Assembly: GCF_004010195.1 (NCBI RefSeq) | Contig: NC_057754.1 | Location: 10,410,831 to 10,462,538, forward strand | Length of the DNA: 51,708 bases | Direction: 5' to 3' | Origin: Chiloscyllium plagiosum | Lineage: Eukaryota | Made by a program: the position numbers and the translations under genes | Part shown: in pieces, positions 11,820 through 23,649 of the stretch | Position numbering within the stretch: position 1 is the first letter of the stretch | Layout: each line of letters starts with the position of its first letter | The notes under the pieces: model-generated | What the model was told of the DNA's origin: nothing | What the model saw: the letters and a program-made list of their open reading frames with translations, nothing else | Database searches by the model: none

Positions 11820-12240
11820 ATGCTTATCTCTGCGCATGCTCAGACTCGCTCCACCCCCCTCCCAACACAGCTTTGAGCATGCGCGTTGGTGGCGATCCTG
11901 AGGAGGGGTCGTTGTTTTTTTCTGCTCCGCAAAAGGTAACAATACGGCAGAGCGGACGAAGCGATGGATCGGGCGATTAGACGGAGAGGTTTCGTAAGCA
12001 CTTTGTGCATGCGGAAAACCCTATATCAGGTCACATCTGTTCCCCCTTTTTGACGAAACGGGACAAACCGCGATTTCCTCCCTCACAGCGGCAGGCCGGG
12101 GTTACGGCCGCCATTTTCGCAGGAAGCGAAGGGCAGCAGCGCGCATGTGCGGCCATTCTGGGCCCAGGGAGAGAGTGTCTCTCGTGCGCTGTGATGCGGA
12201 GGTGCTGGGCTTGGACTGGGGTAGGGGCTCTGCAAAGTGT
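11820..12240. promoter_or_regulatory. CpG-island promoter, probably of the ZNF gene
   Basis: Local CpG enrichment; NRF1-like TGCGCATGC (11831, 11876, 12141); YY1 CGGCCGCCATTTT 12105-12117; candidate donor GTAAGC at 11994. Confidence 0.65.
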
Positions 12241-12681
12241 GGCGCTGGGGGGAAAAAAGAAGCCACAGCAGGTCAGGCAGCATCTGAGGAGCAACGGAGT
12301 TGATGTTTCGGGCATAATCCTTCACCAGTCCTGACCTGTTGTGCTTTTTCAGCGCCACACTTAATGGGCTCTGACTTCTCCTGCAGATCTCACTATCTCC
12401 TTGGACTGGGGTGGACAAGGTCAGAAGTCACACGACACCAGGTTAGGGTTCAACAGGTTTACTTGAAATCACAAGCTTTTGCATGTATGTAAAAGCTCGT
12501 CATTTCAAATCAACCTGTTGAACTATAATCTCTCCTGGACTGCTCGGATGGAGTTCAAACACCTTTTACAGGGCAGGAGGAGGGGAGGATTTACATACAG
12601 CAAACTCCAAATAACAGAAATATTTGTCTCTTTTGAATTTCTGTCTTGCATTGACTGAGATGACTTTTGTAAACTTTACAG

Positions 12682-12789
12682 CATGTTTGGAGTTGCAGAT
12701 CGGAAGTTCAAACCAAATAACATACCAAGATCTGAGTGTGCCACTTTATTCATTATTCATTCAGCATTGGATATTATTGGCCTTTGAAT
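12682..12789 (+). other. Candidate 5'UTR exon derived from the ZNF leader sequence
   Basis: Acceptor TTTACAG ending 12681, donor GTAAGT at 12790; homologous to the exon starts at 23602, 26720(-) and 44031(-). Confidence 0.45.
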
Positions 12790-13908
12790 GTAAGTATTGA
12801 GTGAAATAAAGGTAATGTAAAATTCCTTCCTTACATCTCCCAGTAACCCTTGCCCAGTAGCTTAAAGCTGTGTCTCTAATAATTTTACTGTCAGCTAATT
12901 GGAATATCTATACTTTATCTATTTTTCTAAACCTATCACAAACTGAGACACCTTATCCAATCTCATCTCAATCTCCTTTGTTCTGTGCAGAACAACTTCA
13001 GTTTCTCGAACTTGACCATACAATTAATATTACTCATTTCTTGGACTATTCTGATAATTCTTATTTTAAATCTCTCCAGGGGCTCTCATAGTCTTCATGG
13101 TGATCACTTGTTTGCACACACCCAGATGCTCTGTGTTCATGTGGGTGATGTTATCACACAAGGACAGTTGCTCAGTAATGTCACCCTGATTCCCAGGAAT
13201 TTCCTCAACTGAGAGAGTTTCCTTTGAACCCAGTGTTGCTGATATTTTTTGAGCTGCATTTGATTTTAAAGTTAAAAACAATGTAATTATTTCAACATTT
13301 TTAGCCAGTAACCTGCACGATTTGGCTTCTGGTGGTACTCTGTTATATGTGAAAGCTTGACATGCCTGTGGGGCTGCTGTGACTGCCTTCACTATGGATT
13401 TGAATCAATGTCCATTCATTGCTTTGTTTCATCTCTGCCCTCCCTGATCTACACTCTGCCATTGTCTAACTTCTCTGTCTCCAAGAATGGATGTAACTGT
13501 CTTAGGTATTTTATTGTAACTTTCATTGACTCTAAAAGAGGTTTTTACAGCTGAATATTGCCTGATCATCTGGCAATTGTCTTCTATTACTGGCTCCCGT
13601 TACACAGGGAGTTATTTGCCAAGTGATGATGAAGGGCCTGTGATACGTGTCGAAGTCGGTGACAACCAATTTATATCAATATTGTGTTATACACCAACTT
13701 TTGACCCCAGTCTCACAACAGATATTAGGGACGTTACGAAATGTTTGATGGTCAAGTACATAGTTTTCAAGGAGTATTTGAAACTGTGAAACTGAGGTCA
13801 AGAAAGGAAGAGATTTAGTGAAGAAATTTCACCGTATATGGCCTTGGCACCTAAAGATTGAGAACACAGTTGAAATTAAGATTGCTCACGGGGGTCTGGA
13901 ATTAGAGG

Positions 13909-14503
13909 TGTTATGGACCAGACCTGACTCCCTCTATACATTTTAAGAAGGTATCCAGAACCTAACTTTTTCAGTTCGTTTAAGCAGACGTAAGGTGAAT
14001 ATTCCAGCAGTGATGGAGCTGGTCAAACCACTAGGTTTTAAACAACACAGAAATTAGTTACACCCAAACAATAGATAACAGAATTTAGAGTAAGATAACT
14101 TATGTGAAAACCCAATGGACTCTATCACAATTCAGTGATGCTGTTCCAAATACCTGCAACATTCCTGTAAACAGCCGCTTGGCAAAAAATGTAAAGTCAA
14201 ACACTGGTTCTTACAGGAGAGATGTCAGAGAGAGAGAGATGATCAGCATGGAGTTGTTTCCTTCAGTCTCTAGCTAAAACTTGACCAGCAGCTTCAAACA
14301 GACTGCTTACTAAACATAAACTAAGCCTAACCAGAAAAACCCTGAAATGGGAGAACTGTCCACTCCCCTCTAGTGTTTAAAACAAAATCTTGAAAACATT
14401 TTCAAGGAGACATTTCCAGACACATTGGAACCTCTGCCTTTATGTCTCCTCTCAAAAGAAAACAAGGACAGAATAACCTTGTTAAAGGAGCAGCATTGTC
14501 ACA
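13909..14503 (-). repeat. 3' LTR of Gmr1-like element
   Basis: TGTTATG...GTCACA on + strand, direct repeat of 21993-22577, adjacent to polypurine tract. Confidence 0.9.
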
Positions 14504-15534
14504 CTTTTTCCCCTTTAAAAAAAGAACCACCAGTATCTAAAGATGGCTTCATTTTAAAACTCTTAATCTTACAGTGTTAGAATCCTGCAACACATATACG
14601 TTACTTTGATTATAAACATGCAAACATTCTGTGTCAGTCTGTTTACTCCTGCCACTGAACGCCTCAGTTTCTCATCCAAGTCTTGGCAATGCGTCGGCAA
14701 TCGCATTTTCTCATCCTCCCACATGCACAGTATTTAAACTGAATGGCTGTAGCAACATCCTCCATCTGAATTTTTGTCTTTAAATTTCAGTAGTTAATGA
14801 TCAGTGTATATGATTGTCTCAGATACATTACTGATGACATAAACATTGAAGTGTTGTAATGCCAACACCAAGCTCAAAGTCTCCTTCTCAACTGTCAAAT
14901 ATTTCTGCTGATGAATGTTCAATTTCCTGGAGAAATACCCAAAAGGTCTTTCTACCTTCTCATCATCATCCTGTAAGAGCACAGCACCGACACCCATGTC
15001 ACTCGCATCGATAGCCACCTTGAATGGATTTGCGTAATTAGTGTGGCTACTACTTGGGCAGTGGTTAACAGAGCTTTCTGGCTGTCACATGCCTTCTAAT
15101 TGTCCGCTGTCCACTGAAACATCTTGCCTTTCTTTAGTAAGTCAGTGAGTGGAGCAGCCACATTGCTAAAATTTGTTACGAATTTCAGATAAAATCCACT
15201 CAATCCCAGGAATCATATTTCTACTATTTTTGTCGATCGCCTGGAAAACTTCCCAAATATTTTTATTTTTGCATTCCGTGGGGCCATTTGTCTATGTCCA
15301 GTAACATGGCCCAAGAAGGTGACTTGGACTTTGGCATATTCATTCTTAGCCAGGTTTACCACCAAGCCTGTCCCCCACCTGAAGTTGATTGAACAATTGT
15401 GATAAATGTTGCAAATACTCCTTCATGTGTGACTAAAAATAACCAGGTCATCAATGTACACAACACAGCTGGGTAATCCAGTTTGTCTCTGAAATGTGGC
15501 TGACGCATTTTTGCCATGACTTTAAATTGGTTCA

Positions 15535-15877
15535 GGAGAAAGTGAGGTCTGCAGATGCTGGAGATCAGAGCTGGAAATGTGTTGCTGGAAAGGCGCAGCA
15601 GGTCAGGCAGCATCCAGGGAACAGGAGAATCGACGTTTCGGGCATAAGCCCTTCTTCAGGAATCTTAAATTGGTTCAATCTATTTGGCATTATGAAAGCT
15701 GAAATTGGCTTCACTCTTTCAGACAAGAGTACCTGCCAGTAAGGCAGCATCCAGGGAACAGGAGAATCGACGTTTCGGGCATAAGCCTTCTTTAGGAATC
15801 TTAAATTGGTTCAATCTATTTGGCATTATGAAAGCTGAAATTGGCTTCACTCTTTCAGACAAGAGTACCTGCCAGTA
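15535..15877. repeat. Penelope family A insert with about 136-bp tandem duplication including 80 bp of target
   Basis: 15606-15741 repeated at 15742-15877; intact hammerhead core on minus strand near 15628-15663. Confidence 0.8.
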
Positions 15878-17204
15878 TCCTCTGTGCAAATGCAACTTAG
15901 AAATATATGTTGCTTGCCCTCTTTGTCCAATACAGTCTACCAAACATGGAATTGTATATGAATCAGATGTTGTAACAGCATTACTTTGCAATAGTCCATA
16001 CACAACCGTTGGGTGCCATCTGATTTTGGCACCACTATTATTGGTGAACTGCAGTCACTGCAACTCACTTGATTATGTCATCTTGGAGCATGCGTTCAAT
16101 CACCTTTTGAACCTGTGCCAACTTTTAGAGGGTTAAGCCTAAAAGGATGTTACTTAATCAGAACAGCATTTCCTATATTTACATCATGCATACTTAGGTT
16201 AGTACTTCCTAGCTTATTCCCACATGTGATTGTAGTAACTCTTTTGGTCATTTCGATTTTCTTCTGGAAGGTAACTTAATAATTTATCCCAGTTTTTGAC
16301 AACTTCCTCATTGGCCAATTTAGTTTGAGGACTATCCAATTCAGAATCCTCTGAACTTGGTTCTTCAGTTCTATGTTGTAAGCAATAACACAATTTCCTT
16401 ACCTGTCAAATTTTGAGCATGTTCATATGACACACAGTGAGATTTCTTTCTGTTTCGAGTCCTTATCAAATAGTTCACCTCACTCAATCTCCTTCTGACT
16501 TGATAAGGTCCACTAAACCTTGCTTTTAGAGATTTACCTATCATTGGCAATAACACTAACACTTTATCTCCAATAGCAAAATTGCAAGTCTTTGATTTCT
16601 TGTCTCTTTCTTGTTTCATCGGATGCTGCGATGATGAAGAGTTTATGCTTGAAACGTTGACTCCTCCTCAGATGCTCTCTGACTGGCTGTGCTTTTTGGC
16701 TCTGATCTCCAGCATCTGCAGTCCTCACTTTCTCCTATTTTTAAATGCTGTCTAGCCAACTCCCAGCTCTATTTAACTGTTCCCTAAAATTTGACACATA
16801 TCTGGTCTCTGTGTTATGACTTACCAATTTCTCATTAATCAATTGTAGCAGTCCCCTCACTCCAAGCCCAAAAACTAATTCAGATGGACTGGATTTGGTG
16901 GATTCATTTGGTACATCTCTGATGGCAAAAAGTACAAATGTAATTCCTTTATCCCAATCAGCTGGATAGTCTTGACAATAAATCCTCAACATAGTCCTTA
17001 ATGTCTGATGCTACCTTTGTGCTCCCTGTGATTCTGCGTGATATGCAGTATATTTGAATTGTTTTATTTCCAAGCTGTTCATAATTTCCTTGAATAATTG
17101 ATGTAAACCTTGATCCTTGATCTGATTGTATCTCTCTGGATAGTCCAGATCTTGTGAAAAAATTAAGTAACTCCTCTACAATTCTTTTAGTTGTGATATT
17201 GTGC

Positions 17205-20200
17205 AAAAGAACTGGAGCTGGATGAACTTCAGATCATTTGGGAGGCTGAGGGCGTATTTGAGAGGAGTTATAGGAAGGTAGTCACACCACAGGTAACGGA
17301 AAAAGGTAGATGGGTTGCACTCGGAACGGAAATGGAACAGACAGTGCAGGGATCCCCTGTGGCCATTCCCCTCAATAACAAGGATAGCGTTTTGGATACG
17401 GTTTGGGGGGGAGGGTGGGTGCGACTTACCAGGGTTAAGCCATGGCGTACACGCCTCTGGCATAGAGTCTGTCCCTGTTGCTCAGAAAGGAAAGGGGGAA
17501 ATAGGAGTAGAGCATTAGTCAGTGGGGACTTGAGCATTAGGGACACAGATAGGAGATTCTGTGGGAACGAGAGACTAGTGGTTGGTGTGTTACCTGCCAG
17601 GTTCCAGGGTCCATGATGTCTCCGATCGTGCTTTCGGAATACTTAAGGGGGAGGGGGAGCAGGCCCAAGCCGTGGTCCACATAGGCACCAACGACATAGG
17701 TAACAAAAGGGATGGAGATGTAAGGCAGAAGTTCAAGGAGCAAGGGTGGAAGTTGAGAGCTAGAACAAACAGATGTTATCTCTGATTTGTTACCCGTGCC
17801 ACGTGCTAGCGAGGCGAGGAATAGGGAGAGAGGGCAGTTGAACACTTGGCTACAGGGATGGTGCAGGAAGGAGGGATTCCGATACCTGGATAATTGGGGG
17901 CTCATTCTGTGGTAGGTGGGATCTCTACAAACGGGATAGTCTAAGCCTGAACCAGAGGAGCACAGATATCCTAGGGGGGAAATTTGCTAATGCGCTTCAG
18001 GAGGGTTTAAACTAATTCAGCAGGGGGATGGTAACCTGAATTGTAGCTCCAGTGTACAAGCAGTTGAGAGTACTGAGGTCATAAGTAAGGTTTCAAGGTC
18101 GCAAGGCTGTATTGGCAGGCAGCAAGCTTGTTTTGAAGTGTGTCTGCTTCAACGCCAGGAATAGCTGAGTGAACTTGCAGCATGGATTGATACCTGGGAC
18201 TTCAATGTTGTGGCCATTTTGGAGACCTGGATAGAGCAGGGACAGCAATGGTTGTTGCGGGTTCTGGGATTAGGTGTTTCAAAAAGAACAGGGAAAGTGT
18301 TGCTTTGTTAGTCAAGGACACTATTATGGTGGCAGAAAGAAGGCTTGATGAGAACTCGTCCATTGAGGTACAGGAAAGGAGAGGCCACCCTGTTAGGAGT
18401 TTTCTATAGGCCTCTGAAAAGTTCCAGTGTTGTAGAGGAAAGGATAGCAAAAATGATTCTGGATAGGAGCAAAAGTAACAGGGCACTTGTTATGGGGGAC
18501 TTTAACTTTCCAAATATTGACTGGAAACATTATAGTTTGAGTACTTTAGATGGGTCAGCTTTTTTTTCCCAATGTGTTCAGGAGGGTTTCCTGACATAGT
18601 AGGTAGACAGGCCAACAAGGGGCAAAGCCACGTTGGATTTGCTACTGGGAATGAACCCGGAGTGAGGTCTGCAGATACTGGAGATCAGAGTCAAGAGTGT
18701 GGCGCTGAAAAAGCACAGTAGGTCAGGCAGCATCCAAAGAGCAAGGGAATGGATATTTCGGCATAAGTCCTTCATCAGGTGATTAACCTGGCCAGGTGTT
18801 AGATTTGGAGGTAGGTGAGCACTTTGATGATAGTGACCACAATTTGGTTATGTTTACTTTAGTGATGGAAAGGGATAGGTATATACCGCAGGGCAAGAGT
18901 TATAGCTGGGGGTAAAGGCAATTTTGATGCAATTAGACAAGATGTCGGATGCATAGGATGGGCACAATTGAAATGTAGAGCTTTTTCAAGGAACAGATAT
19001 GAAGACGAGATGTTAGGGAGTTTGAGAGTTACATGTTAGCCAGGAAGGACCTAAGAGCTAAGAACAATTAGGAGGGGACATGAGAAGTCTTTGGCAGGTA
19101 GGATCAAGGAACCCCCTAAAGCTTTCTTTAGGTATCTCAGGAATAAAAGAATGATTAGAGTAAGGTTTGCCTGTCAAGGACGATAGTTGGAAGTTGAGCA
19201 TGGAGTCTGAGAAGATAGGAGAGGCCTTAAATGAATATTTTTCGTCAGTATTCACACTGTAAAAAGACAATGTTGTTGAATGGAATAGAGATACAGATTG
19301 GATGGTATTGAGGTTCATCAGGTGGAAGTATTAGCAATTCTGGAGAGTGTGAAAATAGGCAAGTCCCCTGAGCTGGATGGGACTTATTCTAGGATTCTCT
19401 GGGAAGCTGGGGAGGAGATTGCGGAGTGTTTGGCTTTGATCTTTATTCATCGTCTACAAGAATAGGGCCAGAAGCCTGGAGGATAGCAAATGTTGTCCCC
19501 TCGTTCAAGACGGGGTGTAGAGACAACCCTGGTAATTATAGACCGCCTTACTTTGGTTGTGGGTAAAGTATTGGAAAAAGCTGTAAGAGACAGGATTTAT
19601 ATACATCTACAAAGCAATAATTTGTGAAGAGTAAATCGTACCTCACAAACCTTAGAGTTTTGTGAGAAGGTGACTAAACAGGTGGATGAGGGTAAAGCGG
19701 TTGTGATGTATATGGATTTCAGTAAAGTGTTTGAAAAGGTTTTCCATGGCAGGCTATTGTAGAAAATATGGAGGTATGGGATTGAGAGTGATTTAGCATT
19801 TTGGATCAGAAGTTGGCTAGTTGTAGAAAGACAGAGTGGTGGTTGATGGGAAATGTTAATTCTGGAGTTCACTTACTAGTGGTGCACCGCAAGGATCTGT
19901 TTTGGAACCACTGCTGTTTGCGGGCACAGAAGGATGGATTAGTAAATTTGCAGATGATACTAAGGTCGGTGGAGTTGTGGACAGTGTGAAAGGATGTTAC
20001 AGAGGGACGTAAATAAGCTGCAGAGCTGGGCTGAGAAGTGGCAAATGGAGTCTAATATGGAAAAGTATGAGGTGACAGGAGTAACAGAAATACAGAGTAC
20101 TGGGCTAATGATAAGTTTCTTGGTAGTGTGGATGAGCAGAGAGACCTCACAGTTCATGTGCATTGATCTCTGAAAGTTGCCACCCAGATGGAAAGGGTTG

Positions 20201-20770
20201 TTAAGAAGGCATGCAGTATGTTAAATTTTATTGGTAGAGGGATTTAGTTCCAGAGTCATGACGTCATGTTGCAGCTGTACAAAAGGGAGCGGCACGGTGG
20301 CTCAGTGGTTAGCACTGCAGCCTGTCAGCGCCAGGGACCTGGGTTAGATTCCAGCCTCTACCGACTGTGTGCACATTCTCCCCGGGTCTGCACGGGTTTC
20401 CTCCGGGTGCTCCGGTTTCTTCCCAGAATCCAAAGATGTGCAGGTCAGGTGGACTGGCCATGCTAAAATGCCCATAGTGTTAGGTGCATTAATCAGGGGG
20501 AAATGTGTCTGGGTGGGTTAGTCTTTGAGTGTCGGTGTGGACTTGTTGGGCCAAATGGCCTGTTTCCACACTGTAGGGAATCTAATCTAAAACTCTGCTG
20601 CGGCCACACTTAGAATATTGCATACAATTCTGGTTGCCGTGTCATTGGAAGGATGTGGACGCATTGGAAAGGGTGCAGAGGAGATTTACCAGGATGTTAC
20701 CTGGTATTTACCAGGGAAGGTCTTATGAGGAACGGCTGAGGGACTTGAGACTGTTTTCATTAGAAGGAAG
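17205..20770 (+). mobile_element. Decayed CR1 LINE nested in the Gmr1-like element
   Basis: ORF1 esterase LPGSRV..VVHIGTNDIG; APE LVMGDFNFPNIDW; FADD; ALERVQRRFTRM. Confidence 0.9.
20285..20589 (+). mobile_element. HE1/V-SINE
   Basis: tRNA-like head with A/B boxes, V-domain (TTCTCCCC...GGGTTTCCTCCGGGTGCTCCGGTTTC), (AATCT)n tail. Confidence 0.9.
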
Positions 20771-21992
20771 ATGAATAGATTCCCTGCAGTATGGAAACAG
20801 GCCCTTCGGCCCAACAAGTCTACACTGACTGTCTGAGGAGTAACCCACCTGCACCCATTCCCCAACCCTACATTTGCCCCTAACTCTCATCAGACCTCTG
20901 CGTACAGCATAAAAGCAGGACAGTTTATCACCGTCATATCTCTCAACCCATATTTTTGACATCAGTCATAAGCAGATAAACAGTGCACTTAACAATGCTC
21001 CATTGAATAGAGGAAGCAGCTCATGCCTCATTAGGTTTGCTTACTTTTAATGCCTTTAATCACCTTTCAAAATTACTTTGTTTGATCCTTTCAAACTCAA
21101 TGTAGGTTTGACCAGGGTCCCTCCTTCCTGAAACGTCTCTTGGCTTATGGTACAAGCTCATCTGCACTTAAAATGGCTTTCTTCAGCTCATCATACATCC
21201 CAGATACCTCCTCTGACAGTGATATGAATCCCTCACTAGCTCTGCTTACAGGTTTTGTTTAGATCAACAAAACCCACTGTCACTGGCTGCTGCATTTGTT
21301 TAGCCACCTTCTCAAATGAGATGAAAACGGCTTCTACATCTTTCTCCTCAAATTTAGGCAATGCTTGGATATATTTAAACAGATCCCCATGGGTTTGCTC
21401 ATCCTCATTCTCTTCCTCACTAATCTTACCTTCAGCCTTCATCTCCATCCTTTTAAGCTGATTTTCCTGTCTAAGTGCCAATGTATGAAATTCAGACTCT
21501 TCCTTTCCCCCTTCTCTCTTTTTTTTTCTCTTTCTTCTCTCTCTTCATATTTTCTCTGCTTTTAATTGTAATTCAAACAGTTCAATTTCTTTTTCACTTC
21601 CATTTTCTTTTGTCTCGAACTCAAGCTGCTTAATTCTCAATTGAATTTTAGGCATCTTCAAAGATTCTGATAGCGTTTCCAGCAGTTTAAATGCTGAGCT
21701 AATGCTGCAATAACCACATCTTTTTCCGGCTGCACAGGCAATTTCAGCTCCCGCTTGTTTGCAAATTCCAACAGCTTTTCCTTGTTAATGTTTTGTAAAG
21801 CCCCCAAAGTCACTTCTTCCACCACCCCAACACTCTTAGTGACTGATAGAACAATTACCCCAAGCACTGTTTAAACCAATGAATTTAACACCCAGAACAA
21901 AATACAGACACCTACCACTTGCTGCCTTTCAATCCAACAACCCTAATCCAAAATCGAAACTATAGAATAAATGCCGCAATTGGCTCCCAATC

Positions 21993-22577
21993 TGTTATGA
22001 ACCAGGCCAGACCCCCTTAAAACATTATTTGAAGGTATCCAGAATTTAACTTTTCTAATTTTTTTAAGCAGATATAAGGTGAATATTTCAGGAGTGACAC
22101 AGCTGGTCAAACCACTCGGTTTTAAACAAAACAGAATTTACATACATACAAAAGAAAACCGAATTTAAAATAACATATCTGAAAACCTAATCGACTCTAT
22201 CGCAGCTCAGCAATGCTGTTCCAAGTACCTGCAACATCCCTATAAGCAGCCCCGTGACAAAGAAAATGTAAAATCAAACATGGGTTCTTACAGGAGAGAT
22301 GTCAGAGAGAGGGAGAGAGAGATATGATCGGCATGGAGCTGTTTCCTTGGGTCCCCAGCTAAAACCTGACCAGCAGCTTCAAACAGACTGCTTTCTCAAG
22401 CCAAACCAAACCAGAAAAACTCTGAACTAGGAGAACTTCCATTGTATAAGTGTTTTAGAAAAAACTTAAAGCCTTTCAAGTAGGTATTTCCAGACATATT
22501 GGAACCTTTGCCTTAATGACCCCTCTTGAGAAAAACCAAGGACAGAATAACCTTGTTAAAGGAGCAACATGGTCACA
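21993..22577 (-). repeat. 5' LTR of Gmr1-like element
   Basis: Direct repeat of 13909-14503; degenerate TGG-starting PBS follows on minus strand. Confidence 0.9.
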
Positions 22578-23649
22578 CGGGTAATGCAAATATCTTGAAG
22601 GGCATCTTTAAAAATTCACTCTTGGAACATGGCATTACTGGCTGGGTTAGCCTCTTATTGGCCAGTCGTAATTGCCCTTGGGAGGGCTGGAGGCCTTTCT
22701 TTCTGTGTATCAGGAGACTTGAATAGAAGGACATAAAATTTAAAATTTAGCTGTGTGGGCACAGGGTAGTGGGTGAACCAGGCTTTGTGTGAATACTCAT
22801 GTGGGGAGCAGAGTTTTTGATGACCTCAAGATTACATCATTGGGTGAATAACCTACAATTCATTGCTGTATAGCATTGTGGGAGGTCATTTGGGAAGATA
22901 AAGCTGTTAGGACAGCAGCACATGGTTGGGAGAATGGGCAGTGGTAAAAACCTCATGCAGATATATGCAATGGAAGGAACAATAAAACATTAAACCGAGC
23001 CCATGTACAGTCATCAATGGAGGCACAGGAAGTTAGACAAGTGCAGCGAGGGGAATGTGAGGGGGCGGTGGGGAGTGTATAAGGACAGTTAAGGTCAGAG
23101 GTAACAAAGGAATGGTTGAGAGTTTCAGCAGCAGGTGAGCAGAGACTAGAATGACTCAGGTTGTGTTACTCAGCTGGAAGTGGGCAATCCTGAAAAATCA
23201 CCTTGGGATGAAATATTTCAAAACATGGTTATGACATTTTTTTTCAGACTCATAGTTGCCAGGGAGTAGGATGGAGTCAGTGGCAAAGTAGTGGAGTTTG
23301 TGTTGGGGAATGATGACAAAGGTCTTGGTTTTGCCATGATTTAATTGGAAGAAATTTCTATTCCACCAGTACTGGATGTGAGACAAGTCAGGACAGTGTG
23401 TGACCTGAAAGGAACTGGGAGGTGATGGTGTTCACATTCACCTGTTATCCTGCTCCTCCTCAGTGATGGAGGCTGAGCATTCGGAAGATTCTGACGAAGT
23501 TGTGGTCAAGTTGTAGGTGTCTAAAATCTCTCTCCTTCAGTCCCTACCTTCATATAGACATCAGAGTCTTTCACTCTTGTTGTTTGATATTAATTTCACA
23601 GGCTATTAGAAGGAGAGGATCTGCAAACCAGCCATCACACTATGATCTG

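Larger units (their letters stand above)
13909..22577 (-). mobile_element. Gmr1-like Ty3/Gypsy LTR retrotransposon (gag-[CR1 insertion]-IN-RT-RH), decayed
   Basis: Two LTRs; gag LPKFEEKDVEAVFISFEKVA (21.0-21.9 kb); IN IQSDQGSRF, ARFSGPY (16.4-17.2 kb); RT LHRGYWQV, YIDD (15.2-16.1 kb); RH DASDMGVGAVL, YTDH (14.8-15.0 kb); PPT at 14504-14516. Confidence 0.9.

Noticed and set aside
23500..23649. N-terminal 50 aa of the 535-aa ORF, or a KRAB domain
   Set aside because: Starts at TTG and runs through an intronic polypyrimidine tract and acceptor; no KRAB motif visible
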